Numbered from the stretch's first letter, positions 12,830 to 26,763 are shown. The stretch: DNA of 64,000 nucleotides from Zootoca vivipara (GCF_963506605.1 NC_083279.1:5084001-5148000); one strand, 5' to 3'. Notes: generated by a model not told the origin, from the letters alone. Made by a program: numbers and translations.

Positions 12830-13329
12830 ACTGCCACATTTACTACTGTCTTGGATGATCCTGTGCTTTGCATGCTGCCCTGAAATCTGATTTGATCAAC
12901 TGTGGTCTATGTTGGCTTCCACATACGATCGGACCTCAGCCGTGCCAGTAATTCAGGGCTGATATGGGGGTAATTAGCCCTGGCAGACTCCCCAGACCTG
13001 CAGATTGTCCGAGATTATCAGCTTGCATCAAGGTGCAAGCGGCAGGACTTGGGTCCCAGAGCACAACATGGCTGGCACTCTCCGAAGCCACTCTCATAGC
13101 CAGAAATATCTGTTTGATAAAATAATTAGATTTGGATAATAAACAAACATAGTCTGGCCCAAAGAAGACTGAGGAAAAACCTGCAGAATTGCACAGTCCC
13201 TGGTGTTTAGGTTCGGACTTCAAAGAGATTCTCATCATGGTGTTTGGATTATGGAGGTGATCAGTACGTTCTTTTTTTCTTCTCAATACCTACAGTTGTT
13301 TTTCTACGCCAAGCCTCATTAAGAAACCT

Positions 13330-14182
13330 TTTTTTTTTTGAAAAGTACAGATGGACTCCTATTTATAATTGAGTATTCAATTGCACAGCTTTACTTAGAC
13401 TTGAAAGACTTGATAAAGATAAAAGAAGAAACAAGATAGCACTTGTTAATAAGACGCAACACTTGTTAATATGACAGAAAAATGACAGTTCCTCCCTTTT
13501 TCGAGGGAAGTGGGAGATGCTTGTTGGCTGACTTTGCAGTGACTTGAGACAATAATTTGGGATAACATACAGTGCAGAATTTCTTCATTATGTGCAAAAG
13601 AGAAGGCTAAATGGATGTCAAGCAGCCCCCCTTCTAGGGCCCACAAGGGGGGATTGTGTGATCTCTGAAAGCTGATAAATCGCCAGATGACTTCTGTGGA
13701 ATAGAGTTCATTTACATTGCAGTATGCTTAACATCAATTGACAGGCCTGGATTGGAATAGCTTAATAACATGGAAGTTGCTGCATCATTAAACTCTAAAC
13801 GATAGACTTGGACAGCAGCCCGGATTGGAAGATTGGAATGAAGTCAGGAAAAGCTGCACTGACAAATAGACAGTTGGAAAAATACATATTTACAAATAAA
13901 GCTGTATTCGATGGATGAAAGGATATATGATTTCTGACATGATTGAGAATCGCATAGCCAGGGATGGAGAACTTTAAAGCGTTAAGATCGGAAAGTGGAA
14001 AATATGAGGCAACAACAAAAATAAGGCAGGAACGAAGATATTGGAGATATACTTCAAGAGGTCCAGACTTTGGGGAGCCAGTAAAAAATAATAATTGGTA
14101 ATTTGGACTGTAATTTGGTTTTTTATTTTATTGTTGATTGGCTGTTTTTATTGGAAAATTAATAAAAAATGATTTTTTAAAA
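13330..14182 (+). mobile_element. L1 fragments: degraded ORF2 C-terminus and 3' UTR with A-tail
   Basis: KWMSSSPPSR-like ORF2 end at ~13600; purine-rich then T-rich 3' UTR ending ttaataaaaaatgattttttaaaaa. Confidence 0.55.
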
Positions 14183-15242
14183 AACAAATTGTGGTCTATG
14201 TTTATAATAAACAAACAGTCATTATGCTGGTGCTGTTAGCCGAGTATGGAGGGACTCCTGTGCTTTGTGTTGCCATTTGTTTTGCTTTGTTTTTCTTATC
14301 TCTCTATTGCTTCTGAGGAAGTGTCATGGGTTAATGAGTAGCAATGTTTCAGCTTCTTCTTTTTAAAAAGAGCTTTATGTATTCTCTTATTTTATTTATT
14401 GTGTTAAAAATAAATTCCCTCAGTTGGATATTGCTCTCCGTCTAACATTGCCTAGCCTTGCAATCCTAGGCATATTTACTTTGAAGAAAAGCCCACTGTT
14501 TTCAATGGAGCATGGAAATTAATTCGAACCTAACCCAAAAGTGGGAAGCTGCAGAATGAAAAAGAAAAAGAAATTGGGTGAAGGAAATAATGTGTGTGGG
14601 TGTGTAGGCAAACTTACCAATAATGTTGTGGCAACATAGCCTTTTAAAATAATCTTTCTTAACACAGCTGTTCTTCTGCTGTTCACCATCCCTTTTCTCC
14701 CAGCAGCGCCTTGAAATGATGTTCCAATATGACGTAAGGATTCCAAGGAAGGCATGGGGTGGGGAGGGGCATTCAATGGACACCTATCATTGCAGTTCTG
14801 TCATCACTTGCACCATCAGAGCATCTGAATTAAAGTAAGAAAAAAGAGTTACCTTTTTTAAAAATGTTGCCTCTCCACATTAAAAGTGTAGGTTTTCTTC
14901 TCTGCCACTAGAGACTGGGAAAAATGTTGTGGAAATTATCTCCACATGGAGCAGAAGGAGGGAGTAGAACCAGGAGAGAGTTGAGTGGATGACAGTCATT
15001 TCAGAACACAGGTAGGGGGGCATCATTTTTCAAAATGTTATCCAACATTAAAACCTCACTCCAAAGAAGAAGTGTTTTATTTATTTAAAGCATTCTACCA
15101 CCTCATAATTTTCTTGGAACCTGAGTGTGGTGCTCACTGCTTTTTTGCCCGAATGCCCACATCAAGCAACAGAGACAATTCACATAGGGAAACGGGAAGC
15201 CTCCTATTAGTGACCCACCAGCTCAGGACTGTCTTCTAGACT

Positions 15243-15322
15243 GAGTAGCTGTGGCTCTCCAAGATTTCAGACAGGGAGTCTCTCCCAGCCCTACCTGGAG
15301 ATGCCAGAGATTGAACCTGCAA
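15243..15322 (-). mobile_element. Short tRNA-derived squamate SINE (Squam3-like)
   Basis: ggctctccaagatttcagacaggg...cagccctacctggagatgccagagattgaacct; B-box ggttcaatc on the minus strand. Confidence 0.6.
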
Positions 15323-16574
15323 GAACTGCTGCCTTGTGCCTCCTTCCAACACAATTTGGTCAACCTTACAATTTCTGGATTACATAGAAGAATATTGCGC
15401 AGTGGCTTCTAACAACACCACTGCCAGCTCTCCTAGAAACTGAGGCAACAAAGGATGGGCTACTCTCACATTGCTATGGCCTCTGACATTTCTTGGGAGT
15501 AGAAGAGGGAGGTACATTGCAGTGGTTCTTATGCTACCAAGGGATTCTGGAAGAGGACCATGATTGAACATTAATTTTTCAGGCTTTTTCTCTGACATTC
15601 TCTTATTTTATTTTATTTATTTAAAAAATGCAGGAATGTTTTCACTCAATCATGAAATTGATGCAGAAGATGACTAGGAAGTAGCCATAAAGCAGACAGT
15701 TCATTCCACAGGGAATGTAATTTGTCTTGGCAAATGTGTCTCTTTTTGAAGATTTCACATAAACATGGATCAACCTTACACACTATGTAGATTACCAATC
15801 TAGCTCTGTATTGTTCGTACTCTGAGAAGTTTCATACCACCTAGATGCTGCTCAGGCGTCTGAAAGGCACTTTGAACTACGTGGAGCTCAGTCAATGTGC
15901 TGCACATGATTAAAAGGATAAGCAAAGTCATTAACAAAACTGACTAATGGACGGCTGGCTTCTAAAACTCCCAACTGCCATTGTGATAAAATGAAGGCAT
16001 TTACTTATTAATTTTCATGCATAGATCTTCAGTGCTTAGCATAGTTTCAGTGTCATTATTCTGGAGTGATGCAGGTGGGTGAGGTGGCAGCTGTGTGCAG
16101 TTTCCCTTCTCTGCTTTTCATTTAGAAAGGTAACTCCCTTTGCATATCTCTGACCCAAATTCCGGCCACACAATCCTGTGCACGTCTAAGATGTAAGCCT
16201 GTCTCTTAGTTACTTCCAAGTTGCAAATGAATTCTGCCCTAACATTATCTTTTGTGTGTTTTTACACATAAAACTTTATCGGCAGCATATTCTGGGAGGG
16301 GACAGGAGCAACCCTTATTTAAATTTTCATCTGTCCTACCATCCCCTCCTGTTAGTGTCATCTCCTTCCATTTTCTATTCCCCTCCACATCCCCATTACT
16401 AGCTCATCCCCATTTTCACACTGGATCTGTACTGTCATCACTATCTGTTCATTAACACAATCCTCCCCACCCAAAAATGGACAGGAAGAGAACCAGTCTG
16501 ATATACACTCCAAATAGGCTGAAATCATCCAAGAGGCATGTAGGGTATATGATGTGACCAGTTTCTTGATTCTG

Positions 16575-16625
16575 TGCAGGTCTGGATCTGGTCATGACCT
16601 GGATGGGAGACCAACTAGAAATCCC
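16575..16625 (+). mobile_element. 5S rRNA-derived SINE fragment
   Basis: ctggatgggagacc...gaaatccc resembles the 5S box C region ttggatgggagaccgcctgggaatacc. Confidence 0.45.
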
Positions 16626-16632
16626 ATTCCTC

Positions 16633-17201
16633 AATACCCTCTCTTAGAAGAGCATTCACTTTGGCCCGTAACCGCATAATGCCTTCAGCAGTTCTCCAAG
16701 GGAAGTACAAACGGATCCCTTTATGTGAGAGATGCTGCCTGTGCGGATCAGGAGAAATGGAATCTATCGGCCATATACTTCTGCGATGCTGCTTCTACGA
16801 GGAGGTGCGAGGCGAGCTTATCCACACTATACTGACAGAGCTACCTGGACGCTCGGATAATTTCTATATAGATTGGCTTCTTTCCGACGCTAACTCTAAT
16901 GTGTCAGCGAAGGTAGCCAAATTCTGTGCTAGAGTCATAAAAATTCGGTCTAATCTAATTAGCAGTGTCCAAATATCTTCAGAACATCTTCAGGACTAGC
17001 TAAAGAGGACCCAGTGTTATTAATTGCTGTAATCTACCTCCCTAAGTAGTAACACTCCTTTTAATCAGTTTTCTTTTAAACAATTGTTAAAACCTATATT
17101 TATTGCCTATTTTTAGATTATTACTGTTTTTCTTTCAATGTTTTATGTATTGCATATTTATGTGTGCTGGTCAAGAACCATAATCAATCAATCAATCAAT
17201 C
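16633..17201 (+). mobile_element. RTE-X-like LINE, 5'-truncated, with TSD
   Basis: ORF 16661-16999 with a C-terminal CCHC finger (CLCGSGEMESIGHILLRC); (aatc)n tail; 14-bp TSD aaatcccattcctc at 16619-16632 and 17202-17215. Confidence 0.8.
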
Positions 17202-17244
17202 AAATCCCATTCCTCCAGAAGTTACTGGTAACTTATATGTTGAG

Positions 17245-18430
17245 CCCTCTGGTCTGGTGATGCTCTTATTGAATGCTGGATCAGTCCATACTAAGACCAT
17301 GTATATTTACAATATGATTTTGGATGAAGGGGCTGACTTGGCATGTATTGCTGATACTTAGATGGGTGAGCTGAGTGGCCCTGACTTAACTCAGCTGGGC
17401 CCATCTGGGTGATTTGGACAGCACCAGGAGGTCAAGGAGGGCTGTTGCTATTGTCCACAGAAGCACCATCTCTTCATTTGGGGGTGGGCTTAGCCCAGTG
17501 TTGGGGGCCAGAGAGGAAGACTGGGCTGCTGCTGTTCTATCGACCCCACCTCCTGTTGCTCAGTGGCATCCATGACTGAGGTTGTCTCTGGTGACAATCC
17601 CAGGACAACAGCTCTGTGTGACATCCACACCCACATGGTGATTTTCCTTGGGCTAGCGCAGGACTTTATGGCCTCCATTGATGGGTATTGATAAGAGGAT
17701 ATATTAATTATGATTAATCTTCTACAGACCCAGGGGGAGTGTTTAGCAAAAAATAAATAAATAGAAAAAACAGCTGGTGCCTGATTTTAAAATGCAGGCT
17801 TGTACATAAAGAGCCCAAGCAGCAGAGTTTAAATCCCATCATTAGGCAGATTTAGAAAAGCATAGGAATAGGCTTTTAAACATTATTTTAATGTGTTCTG
17901 GCTACTTGAGGCAGCTAGCATGCTTTACTCCTGCTGCAGAGAAACAGACCACACAGTGAAGTAAGTTTAAAATATACTTTACTTACAGTCATGCAAGGGA
18001 AGCCTCACACATGTATCTCAGGCAGAGAGATATTTTGAGGAATGTCTGCCTATGTGCTTGCAGCATGAGAACACAGAAAGAGAAAGGAACAGGAAACAAG
18101 CCTTTCTTCCTCTCATAAGATGGAATCACTGAGCCCACTCTAGCAATTTAGAACTCTGTGGTCCTTAACCCCTTCACATACTAACTAGCATTGTTAGGTT
18201 TGACTGCAAATCTCCCATATCAATGACAGCCATGGGGTCTATGGACTAAATTGCCATCAGTCCAATCGATTGGGCAGGGCATACCCTTGATGTAGTGTTT
18301 ACCACAAATGGTGTGAGGGATGGACCAAAGGCGGAGGGTGAAATGCATGGTAAAGTTTGAACTGCTAGTGGCAATTCCCCCATCAGAGTGATGAGCCTGT
18401 ATGGACCCTCAGGAACTGGTGGAACCTTTG
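17245..18430 (+). mobile_element. Old L2 ORF2 endonuclease (APE) relic, interrupted at ~17680-18221
   Basis: LLLNAGSV..K...I...ILDEGADLACI.DT motif; QDFMAS at ~17660 resumes as MTAMG...AGHTLDVVF at ~18222-18300. Confidence 0.75.
17894..18190 (-). mobile_element. Possible solo LTR inside the L2 relic
   Basis: About 300 bp, TG...CA-bounded; agtaaa polyA-like signal on the minus strand; lies in the gap splitting the L2; no clear TSD. Confidence 0.35.
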
Positions 18431-20254
18431 AATGGAAACAGTGCAGAATAATGATAGGAGCTGAAACAACTTATGTGAAATATGTGAAATAACAATTCTG
18501 AAAATCCTACAAATAAAAAACAGTATGTATAAGCTTTTGCAGATAACTATATGGAGCATGTGATGGTCAGCTTTCAGAAATGCTCAAGATCTTTCCTAGT
18601 AGCTAGAGTGACTTCCAAGAAAACTGAATGTGCCTGCAGACAAATACTTTTCTACTCTCTGTGGTTTAACCCAAAAAATAAATAAATAAGGATGTCATAT
18701 TTTTCTGTGTCATTGTCAACTGTTCTTTGACCTTGTAAAGTGCTGCTAGGTAGGAGACTAATGAGCACAATATTTACATTGTTAATTAACTTAATCAGCA
18801 ATGTATGCTCAGATTTTAAACTAATTTATCACTGTACTGTTCCTTTTGCCTTCTGAGGTTCAAACTATTTCATTCTCTTTTATTAACAGAAGCTGGACCA
18901 GCTTTACCTACTCTACATCTTGTATTGTCCGGGACTAACAGTTCTTGAACATCAAATAAGAATTTTAATGACTTCTAACTAGAATATTAGCCAAGGTCAG
19001 TATATGCATATTATGATAATTAAGAATCCTGAAAAATCTTCAAAATGATTTTCACTTATTTAATGGTTCATTGAGTTTAAAGGGTATTTTCTCTTTTTAC
19101 ATTTTCATCAGAAGATTTAAAAAATGGTAATAAAAATTAGAGCATACACTCCAAGGTAGATGAAACAGAGGCATCTGATTCTTAGTTTATAATAGGATTT
19201 ATATATTTTAGCCTGTATTTCCTTCAACACAGTCCATAATAAGTTTGTTACATACTTCCCAGGAAGGCTATTAAGGAAATCTATTTGATGGAGGAGAGGG
19301 GAAATCAGCTACCCCAGGGCAATTCAATAGAAACTTTAGTTTCACTTCAATTATTCATTTATATTCAAATGTATTAAAATAAAGAAGGGCAAATAGATGT
19401 TTTTATGATCAAAGGGATGCAGCAACTATTGTGTTTAATTGACTTTGCAAGAAATGACAGTAGAAAAGAGGCCTAATATTAAAACTTCAATTTTGGTTGG
19501 TCGAAAAATACAATAAAAGTTTTATGCATCTATCAAAGTAACATGAAAGTGTTTTTTTTTTAGTTTATAAATAGCACAGTGGGAACATTGGGCATGATCT
19601 ACAACTTTTTAAAATATTTTTCATGATTTCAGCAGTAGCTAATTTGCAGTCTTATTATTAGGATCAGCTTTTTGGTCCTGTGCTGGTTCACCTTGTAGTG
19701 AGCCACTTGAGACTACAGAAAGGAGAATGGAGAAATTGCAGGACAACTCACTTAGGTTCCATCTCGGCTCCACTTCCAAGCATCCCATTGGAACCTCATG
19801 ACCAGTGTCAGGTATAAATAGCACTAGGCTAGCTTTAGTCATTGCCTTGGCATGGCTATACTGTGTTTTTGTGGTCTTGTTCCAAGTCTTACTGCTCATA
19901 TGCTTGCCTCAACTTCCTCTCTTTACCTTTGTCCTCAGCTGCTGGTTTCCTTCCCAGTTTCTTTCCCAGTTTGCTTCCCAGTTTGCTGTTCTCCATTCCC
20001 ATTTCACCTTGCTCCCCTTTGGATGGACTATGGCTATGAAATTAATCTGAGAGCAATACTATTATGTTTTTCTTCTGGTGGCTGTCTATCTCTGTTAAGT
20101 TTCTCATATGCTTAGCAGCCCATGACCCAAATTGACACTTTTGTCCTTCCTGATATCTTCATTTTCTCTAACATAAAGTCTTATTTCTCTGCCCGATACT
20201 CGCAGTCAAAAGAAGAAGATAAAGCTTGCAGTCAATTAAATGTGCAACGAGTTA

Positions 20255-20650
20255 AATGATACATTACCATTGTGTCGGTATAAAAGTGTAAAGGCCTGAA
20301 TAGTGCTGTACTTCCAACAATACAAAGACCTACTGCAGTTCAAAATGAACAACTTGCAGAAATAAATCTTACATTCATCAAGAGTCTCCATCTCCTCCAG
20401 GCTTGAGATGCAAATGGTAAAGATGAAGTTCTTCACTGCACACAGACTCAGGAAGAATGAGAAGAGAGGTTTCCACAAGAGCATTGCTCACATGTTGGGG
20501 TCACACCTGGCGGCCACATCCCTCAGTACCAAGGCCAAATGCCTTTTGTCCATGGGTTTGACAAAGACTGGGCCCTGCTGGCACACTAAACTACACACGG
20601 AAAGCTTCTCCACATGCAAGAAAATCATCTTGTGTGGAGATGGAGAAGCT
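20255..20650 (+). mobile_element. Degraded RTE LINE 3' fragment
   Basis: AVLPTI-like RT remnant and an RTE-type 3' end (gaaaatcatcttgtgtggagatgga). Confidence 0.45.
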
Positions 20651-21746
20651 CTTAAATTATCAAATTATCTATGCTAGCAAATTATCTACTATAGACTGAA
20701 GACATAGAAATCTGCATGAAGGCCATGCAGAAAATAATAATGAAACGAGGCAACATGACCCTACAAAATTCTGAAATTTTGAGTGTTCATTTTCTTAAGC
20801 AGCATGCTCCATGCAGTGCAATCTTATGCAGATTTTCTGAAAAGTCCCACTAAGACCAATGGGATTCCCTCCCTTCTAAGTGTATTTAGGGTTGCTGGGC
20901 AGTGGTTAAGGGATCTAATTGTTTTTCCAGGATTTTTGATAGTTCCGCATCCTAACCCCTTTTCCACACAGCTATCATTCAACCAATGTCTTCTTGCTTC
21001 TACCACCAACAGCAAGCTATACGAGCCGATAAAACATTTCAGCCAAAGAAAAGCAATTTGCAAAAGTTGACAAATTTCATTATCATAAGGTATTGTTCCT
21101 CAGTTTTAGAGGATCACTCATCAGGCCATAACATTCTCCCCTAGGGAGATACCACCTCGCCTCTTCTTCCCAAAAAATGGTAGGAATGACATTTTTGTTC
21201 TAAATGTAAGGAAATATATATGAAGTAATACAACGGCAGAATCTGTATCTTAAGGTTGTGGGACATGGTTTTGCAAACAGAATTCTCTCTTCTGACTGCA
21301 GAGAAATGAGTCTGTCCTCCTTTTCCATTGCTTTCAACTTGAGTGCACAAAAAGGCATTCCCATTCTAGTACTTAGAGACTGGCTCTTCTCATTCTAAAA
21401 CCCTTTATCATGAAATTGATGTTCCAAATACAAGTAGGAGACATGAGAGAGAATTCCTATATAGCTGAAGGTGGGGGAATAGATTGCTGCCTTCCTGAGA
21501 CAGTGCTTGTCTTCACTGAAATAGCTGCCATCTTCACTTCGCACAGAAAAATCAGGAAATCCACCAAGAGGTCATACTCAAGCAAAACAAAGAATAAGGT
21601 AATTGTTAATTGAATGCGGGGGTAACTTTATTACAGGAGGTTATATCTGGCGTCCTAACACAATCCAGTTCTGTATATAAAAACTAGATATCTCCACACT
21701 GGGTGGCCAATATAATATATTAGTTCCACATAACACCACCACTTTT

Positions 21747-22549
21747 TGCGTGGACAGGCGGAGTCCCCCAAACCCACAGGTGACCCCCCCGAGCAGAATA
21801 AATACAAGAGACAACATGCTATGGGATTCAAATTGGCCACAACTTTATTCAAATTCAGATGTAGGGAGACCTTGGCTTCAGGCATTGGGCGTTAACCTTC
21901 TCAGTCCCCAGCTGGGGTTCTGGGAGGCTTCGGGGTCATCCAGATGTATGGGGGATGGGGCTGGCTCTGGAGAACATATGTTCAAGCAGAGAGAGACCGC
22001 CCGTGGTTTGCCACCGCTGGTAGGGGGAAGTGATGACACCTATTGGCATGGTCAAGGCTTCCCCCAATACCCCGATCTTGTCACCGCAAGGGGGTGAGGT
22101 CTCCGCCTCACGCCCCTCCCTCTAGGAAAATTGCCAAAGAATTCCGCCCAAGGCCTGACCCGCCAAGTTGTGACGTATTGCTACGGGAAAGGCGAAACCT
22201 GCCAATGCAGGGAAATTCCTTTCCGACCCTTCAACAGCGGCCTTGACGTAGCAGCGCCTGAGAACCTGTAGAGAAAAGGTTAGCCTGCAAAGGAAATTGA
22301 ACGAGAGTGTTGAGGGTGGTAGAAGCTCTGGAACCAACTGGTGCTTGGAGGAAAGATTCAAATGCTATTGTCCGAGCCGGTTTGTCCTTCCCCTTACCTG
22401 GCCATCCCCTGGCAACACCTCCCCAGGCAGGATTGGATGCCAGGCTTGGGTAGGCGGAGACCCCTGGCATCCAACCTGGGAGGGCGGTGCCAGTCCTGAA
22501 CTTCCAGGGAGCCGCCCTCTGGGATCAGGAGGCTGCGCATGTCCACGCA
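21747..22549 (-). mobile_element. Solo terminal repeat (Ngaro/DIRS-like), CpG-rich and relatively young
   Basis: 15-bp inverted ends ctttttgcgtggaca (21742) / tgtccacgcaaaaag (22540); no TSD; aataaagttgtggcc on the minus strand at ~21835-21849; motifs shared with 12027-12829. Confidence 0.65.
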
Positions 22550-23769
22550 AAAAGCGCCCCTCCCCATTGATGTGTGGAGCGGTCATTCTGCCATTGTCAA
22601 ATAGTGGTAGGGAATGGTATTTCCAGACAACCAACGGCAAGCCATTGTAATGATATGGCACTTATCTGACAGCTTCACTTGTTCTCTACCCACTAATCTA
22701 GCTCTCCAAAGAACTAATATAATGTTCTAAGCCACTGAGCAGCTTCATAAAGCTGCCTTTAAAAATACATTTGTCAGGGAAAATGTATCTTCCTTTATCT
22801 CTCTATGGGTATATTCTTATGACACCAGAGCAGATGGCAGCAGTTGCCCCTGCATTCTAAGCTGTCGATATTTTGCTTCCTGCTGCTGCTGGCCAATTAA
22901 ACTTCTAGAGTTCCTGCTGACATGAGTGGCAGTTCGAAAATGATGCGAATGGTTCAAAGGAATTGGACACTGAAAGAAATATGGTGAAGCCTTCAAAATT
23001 TACTAGCAATAACAGATATGAAATAGAGAAATTAAGGGCTAGGATACATGCTATGGTTACTATAGGGAAAGCACCGAAAAGGGCTTCCCTGTGGTGAGGG
23101 ATCCCCACATGGCTTGTATCTTCTAAAGTGCTCATGGTATGATCTTCCTGTTTCCACATCACCTCCATTATGTCTCAGCATCTCTACCTTACCACTTGTC
23201 ATGCTGGCAGATTACATCAACGATGCTTGGTTCTCGGGACCAGAATTCATCATAAAGGCCCCTCTGCTGGGACAGAGATGAGAGTGTCCTTGCATCTGAA
23301 TGCCTCAGAGCAATGAGGCTCCGAGATGTGCTAAGCCAATGTCCCTTGTGCCCAAATGCAATCAGAACAACACCTGCCAACCATGATTAATTGACAATAC
23401 TGAGAGCCCTAACTGCCCGTGTAACCATCTGGCCACAGTACCTGCTCACTCATTGTCTATGAACTCCTTTCAGAAAACATCCTGACATCTGCACCACTGT
23501 TGTTTCCCACGAAATGTCTTGTGCCTTTCATTTTTGAAAAATCTATTCTCATATTCCTATGCTTCATGTGCTTTGAAGAGCACTTAGGTGGCATCAACTC
23601 TGCCCATGGCTCTCCTGAAGTTCATGTCTAGGTGCCCATCTTTGCACATCGTCACCCTGCATCCCTGCCCTATGGAAGCCCTACTACAGCCTAAGAACAC
23701 CCAAACTTCCCCAGTCCCACCTGAAGCTCCTGGCCGAGCACATAGTAATCTGGGGTTTTATCCTGCATC

Positions 23770-24245
23770 TTTATTATTTATTTATTTATTTACTCAATTT
23801 CTATACCATCTCTCATCTGTAGATTCCAGGGTGGTTCACCGCAGAAAAATACAAGATAAAAAACACAAAATAGATAATAAAAAGAACAACAACAACCCAA
23901 TAACCCCTTCCTCCCAGCCCCCTCCAACAAATACATTCAAAAGGATACAGGATGTTAGTCAGCCAAAGGCCTGGTGAAAGAAGAACATTTTCACCTGGTG
24001 TACAACATGTATAACAAAGGCACCAGGTGAACCTCCCTGGGGAGAGCATTCAACAAATGGGGAGCCACTGCAGAAAAGTCCCATTCTCATCTTGCCACCC
24101 TCCAACACACAAAGAAAGGCCTCAGATGGTGATGATTGTAGGATCCAGGAAGGCTCGTAGAGGTGATATTGAGGTCCTAAGCCATTTAAGGCTTTATTGA
24201 CCAAAACCAGCACTTCAAATTGGGTCCGGAAACTAATTGCCAGCC
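23770..24245 (-). mobile_element. L2 LINE 3' end
   Basis: FEVLVLVNKALNGLGPQY motif on the minus strand; (ttta)n tail at ~23772-23792. Confidence 0.85.
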
Positions 24246-25112
24246 AAGGAGTCCTCTTCCATGGCTTGGGAACATATAATTTCCTTTGCCTGAATGTGAC
24301 CAGTCACAGAAGATTCCCTCGATGTCTGCCATCTCAAAAGATTAAGGATAGGCAACAAAGCCATTTCTATCTTTTAATTCTTTCCCCACTTCATTCCCTC
24401 TTCATTCTTCCTCTATTTTTGAGGAAGTATTCAAACTTGTACCCTATAAAAGGGATTTCTTAAATTGGTCTTTCTTTTGCCTTCTTCTCAAACTCCATTT
24501 TCCGAGCAAAGTCCTGAAAACTTGGGTCTGTCTTTTCTCTCAGAATTATTATAGTGGCGATGCTTCACTATCTAGGCCGAGGGCCCTAGATTACATATGC
24601 TAGCTTTTGTTAACTTGGCAAAGTTATTGGGTTTCTTTCCCAGCTCTGTTCTATCCTCTGGCAGAAAAAGAGCCATGGATCACGAAAGGAACAGGTTTGC
24701 TTTAGTTCCATACAATCACAATTTGCTCTTGTGGGAAGAACTATTTGGACATGGGATCAAGGCCACATATCACAATGCTCAAACAAGTGTGGTATTAACC
24801 CCCCAAGCCCTACTTTACATTTCCCTTTTGCGGGGTGGGAGGAGGAGTTCATGGAGACACACAACCCTGTTGAGGACAAAATGCATGGCTAGTACTTCCA
24901 AATATTCTAGGTAGCACCTACACATACTTCATCAAGTTCTTTCCTTCAGATGAATGATCTTGGTAAGGGACTAACCATTTGTGATTCTAAGTGCTCTGAT
25001 TTGGCACAGAAATGCACCCCCATGACATTGCAACCACTAGCCCATGGTGCAACATCACTTTGCTGATGCAAAGACTAGCCTCATGGTCTTCTTCATATGA
25101 GCTGCATTCTAC

Positions 25113-25185
25113 CCAAGGGGTGGCTAATGACCCTCCAGATGTTGATGGACTCAATCCCATCAGCACCAGCCAGCACAGCTGTTCT
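25113..25185. mobile_element. Half of an old hAT MITE
   Basis: ccctccagatgttgatggactcaatcccatcagc, similar to the URR1-like MITEs in this window. Confidence 0.55.
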
Positions 25186-26037
25186 GCACCTTCACTTTGA
25201 AAATGACTGTTTGGTTTGCAAATTAGTAGACAGCAGGACAATAGCAGGATAATAAGTGCAAGATTTTGTGATTAAAAGATACGCTAAAATATCACAGAGC
25301 CAGCTGTATTTCTTTATATTGCTTCACATAGGGCTAGAAAGTTGGCAAACAGAAAGTATTTTAACAATCCTCTAAAAGTCCTCCAAATGTACATATATCT
25401 TTGCTACATTTGGTACAATCATTTTCATCAAGAAGCAAATTTATGCTCTCTTTCCATATCATTGCAACTACAGATCATCTGACAGGGCGGGCATGAAATG
25501 GTTCTATATCCTTCTGCCCCCTCTCTCCCCGACGTGATTTCTTGTGACATTTCGAAGAATATGAAATAAAACATTTCCTTAGCTTGTACTTTTGGTATGG
25601 TGGGTTTTCTTCTGGCAGTCATAAATCACTTCGTTTGAGTACTGCACCATTTGTTTTAAACCTTTCATCTGCAAAGGATTTGTTTTCAATCAATGAAAAA
25701 ATACCCAGGGCTGAATTCATTTGATGCCTTGTGACAAATTCAGATAACCCTGCAGAGTGGCTAAAGAATTATCACTCATTGTGGGCAATCTGTTGCACTG
25801 ATTTCTAAACCAAACCAAGCACCCGATAAATTTTGTATCCGGTCCCTGGGAGGAGTATTGTCTGAGTGCTCAAGGGACTCAGGGGCAATATGGCTACAGT
25901 TTGGGTGCACCCAGGAGCCTTTTGCTTAGGAGATGGGCTCTCCTTCCTTGGTGCTCTTCAAGTAGGGAAGTTCTGGACAACATGGGAACAGCCTGAGCTG
26001 CAGCTGCTTCCCCTGCCAAGTCATCTTCATAACAATA

Positions 26038-26215
26038 CAGTGGTATCTCAGAAGTCAAACAGAAACCATTCTTCCAAAATGTTCAGAAACCAAGGCATGT
26101 CTTCTGGTTGGCTGCAGGAAGCTGCGGAAATTGCACTGGATGTTCAGGTTCCAAAGAACTTTAACAAACAGGAATGTTTGACTTGCAAAGGGTTCAGGGT
26201 CCAAGGTACGACTCC
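26038..26215. mobile_element. Degenerate Tigger-like MITE
   Basis: ta|cagtggtatctc start and ccaaggtacgactcc|ta end. Confidence 0.55.
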
Positions 26216-26614
26216 TACAAGTATTGCCATCCTGGCACCAACTGATAACATGACCTTCTCACCTCAAGGAATGCATTTCCTTCTCTGGAACCAGCCATCA
26301 TGGGCCAGGATTTGGATTTTCACTGCCCCTCCTTTGAGGTGTGATTTCTAAAAATCGAACACCAGATGCCCAGCCTCAGAGAATGTTAGGGTTAGAGAGC
26401 CCTAGATGCCAAATAAGAGACATTTTGTGGTGTTTCCTCCAAGCCAGGAGTGGAGCAGGGGAATCTTCTGACCTTCTGCACAACCTTTTCTTCCTCTTCA
26501 CTTCCACTCCTTCCTGCTTCTGAGCAACTTCCTGGCCAGCTGTTCTCCTTCCCACCTCTTTCTCGTTCTTCTTTTCCTCTGCCACCTCCTCTTAGCATCC
26601 TTATTATCTGTGAG

Positions 26615-26680
26615 GCAGTGTGGTGTAGTGGTTACAGTGCTGGACTAGGACGTGGAAGACTAGAGTTCAAATCTTTAACT
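26615..26680 (+). mobile_element. tRNA-derived SINE head
   Basis: A box gtggtgtagtgg and B-box-like gagttcaaatc. Confidence 0.6.
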
Positions 26681-26763
26681 CTGTATTCAAACTTCAGCTC
26701 CATACCTTTGTTCAACAAACCTTGATGGCATATGTGTCTCTGAGATTAAAATGAGAATTTTGC

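Noticed and set aside
25866-26351. 161-aa plus-strand ORF
   Set aside because: Runs through a degenerate MITE, has no ATG at the called start and resembles no known protein.
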